Origin: Inoviridae sp.
Sequence record: MW202882.1
Reading direction: 5' to 3' (one strand)
DNA: 5,531 bases
Position numbers and translations under genes: made by a program
The notes under the pieces: generated by a model
What the model saw: the letters and a program-made list of their open reading frames with translations, nothing else
Told to the model about the DNA's origin: nothing
Databases searched by the model: none
In this document: one piece after another, positions 5,424-5,531 of the stretch
Numbering within the stretch: the first letter of the stretch is position 1
Layout of the letters: every line of letters starts with the position of its first letter

Positions 5424-5490
5424 AGGGCGACAGCGCGGTAGCGGGAACCGCGAACGCGTGGGCGCAACGTCTGGCGGCTTTAGCCGCCAC
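5424..5490 (+). other. GC-rich structured noncoding island; candidate ssDNA signal (complementary-strand origin or packaging signal) or attachment site
   Basis: There is an abrupt switch from AT-rich flanks to CG-dense sequence. Hairpin tggcggc-ttta-gccgcca (5472-5489) has 7 perfect bp. Hairpin cgcgg-N9-ccgcg spans 5434-5452. The palindrome acgcgt lies at 5454-5459, and gggcga/gggcgc are direct repeats (5425-5430, 5460-5465). No plausible ORF exists on either strand. Confidence 0.4.
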
Positions 5491-5531
5491 TAGATTTATA
5501 TTACGGACGTTTTACAACAGAACAATAAAAA

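Noticed and set aside
5380-5531. XerCD dif-like attP site in the intergenic region
   Set aside because: I compared the region by eye with the E. coli/Vibrio-type dif consensus (GCGCATAA-TGTATA-TTATGTTAAAT) on both strands. The best alignments reach only about 11/25 overall, or 7/11 for one arm, which is not convincing in AT-rich sequence. Integration by XerCD is therefore neither supported nor excluded.
1-5531. CRISPR arrays, tRNA/rRNA genes, insertion sequences or terminal inverted repeats
   Set aside because: No spaced direct-repeat arrays, cloverleaf-like segments or transposase-like ORFs were seen on either strand. The window ends share no obvious direct or inverted repeat.

Overview
The window reads as a compact, complete-looking filamentous-phage (Inoviridae-like) genome or prophage core of about 5.5 kb. 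All credible genes lie on the + strand. Order: a small HTH-like protein (1-291); a structured leader with a promoter-like element; an unlisted 52-aa ORF (402-560); a gene-V-like ssDNA-binding protein (573-848) followed by a strong terminator; an HUH rolling-circle Rep (922-1869); a major coat protein with a signal peptide (1933-2133) followed by a terminator. Next comes a translationally coupled morphogenesis block: a 110-aa tail-anchored protein, an unlisted 25-aa hydrophobic micro-ORF, a pIII-like adsorption protein, a pVI-like membrane protein and a Zot/pI assembly ATPase (2192-5325). It ends with a terminator and a noncoding region holding a GC-rich hairpin island (5424-5490). I see no secretin (pIV), integrase/transposase, divergent repressor, tRNA, rRNA or CRISPR. 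Assignments rest on size, order, motifs and topology read by eye, since no homology search was possible. The host is probably a moderately AT-rich Gram-negative, judged only from signal peptides and the Zot/pIII architecture. The most notable points are the unlisted micro-ORF, the promoter, hairpin and operator-like leader with a related motif at the far end of the window, the GC-rich island, and the absence of export and integration functions.
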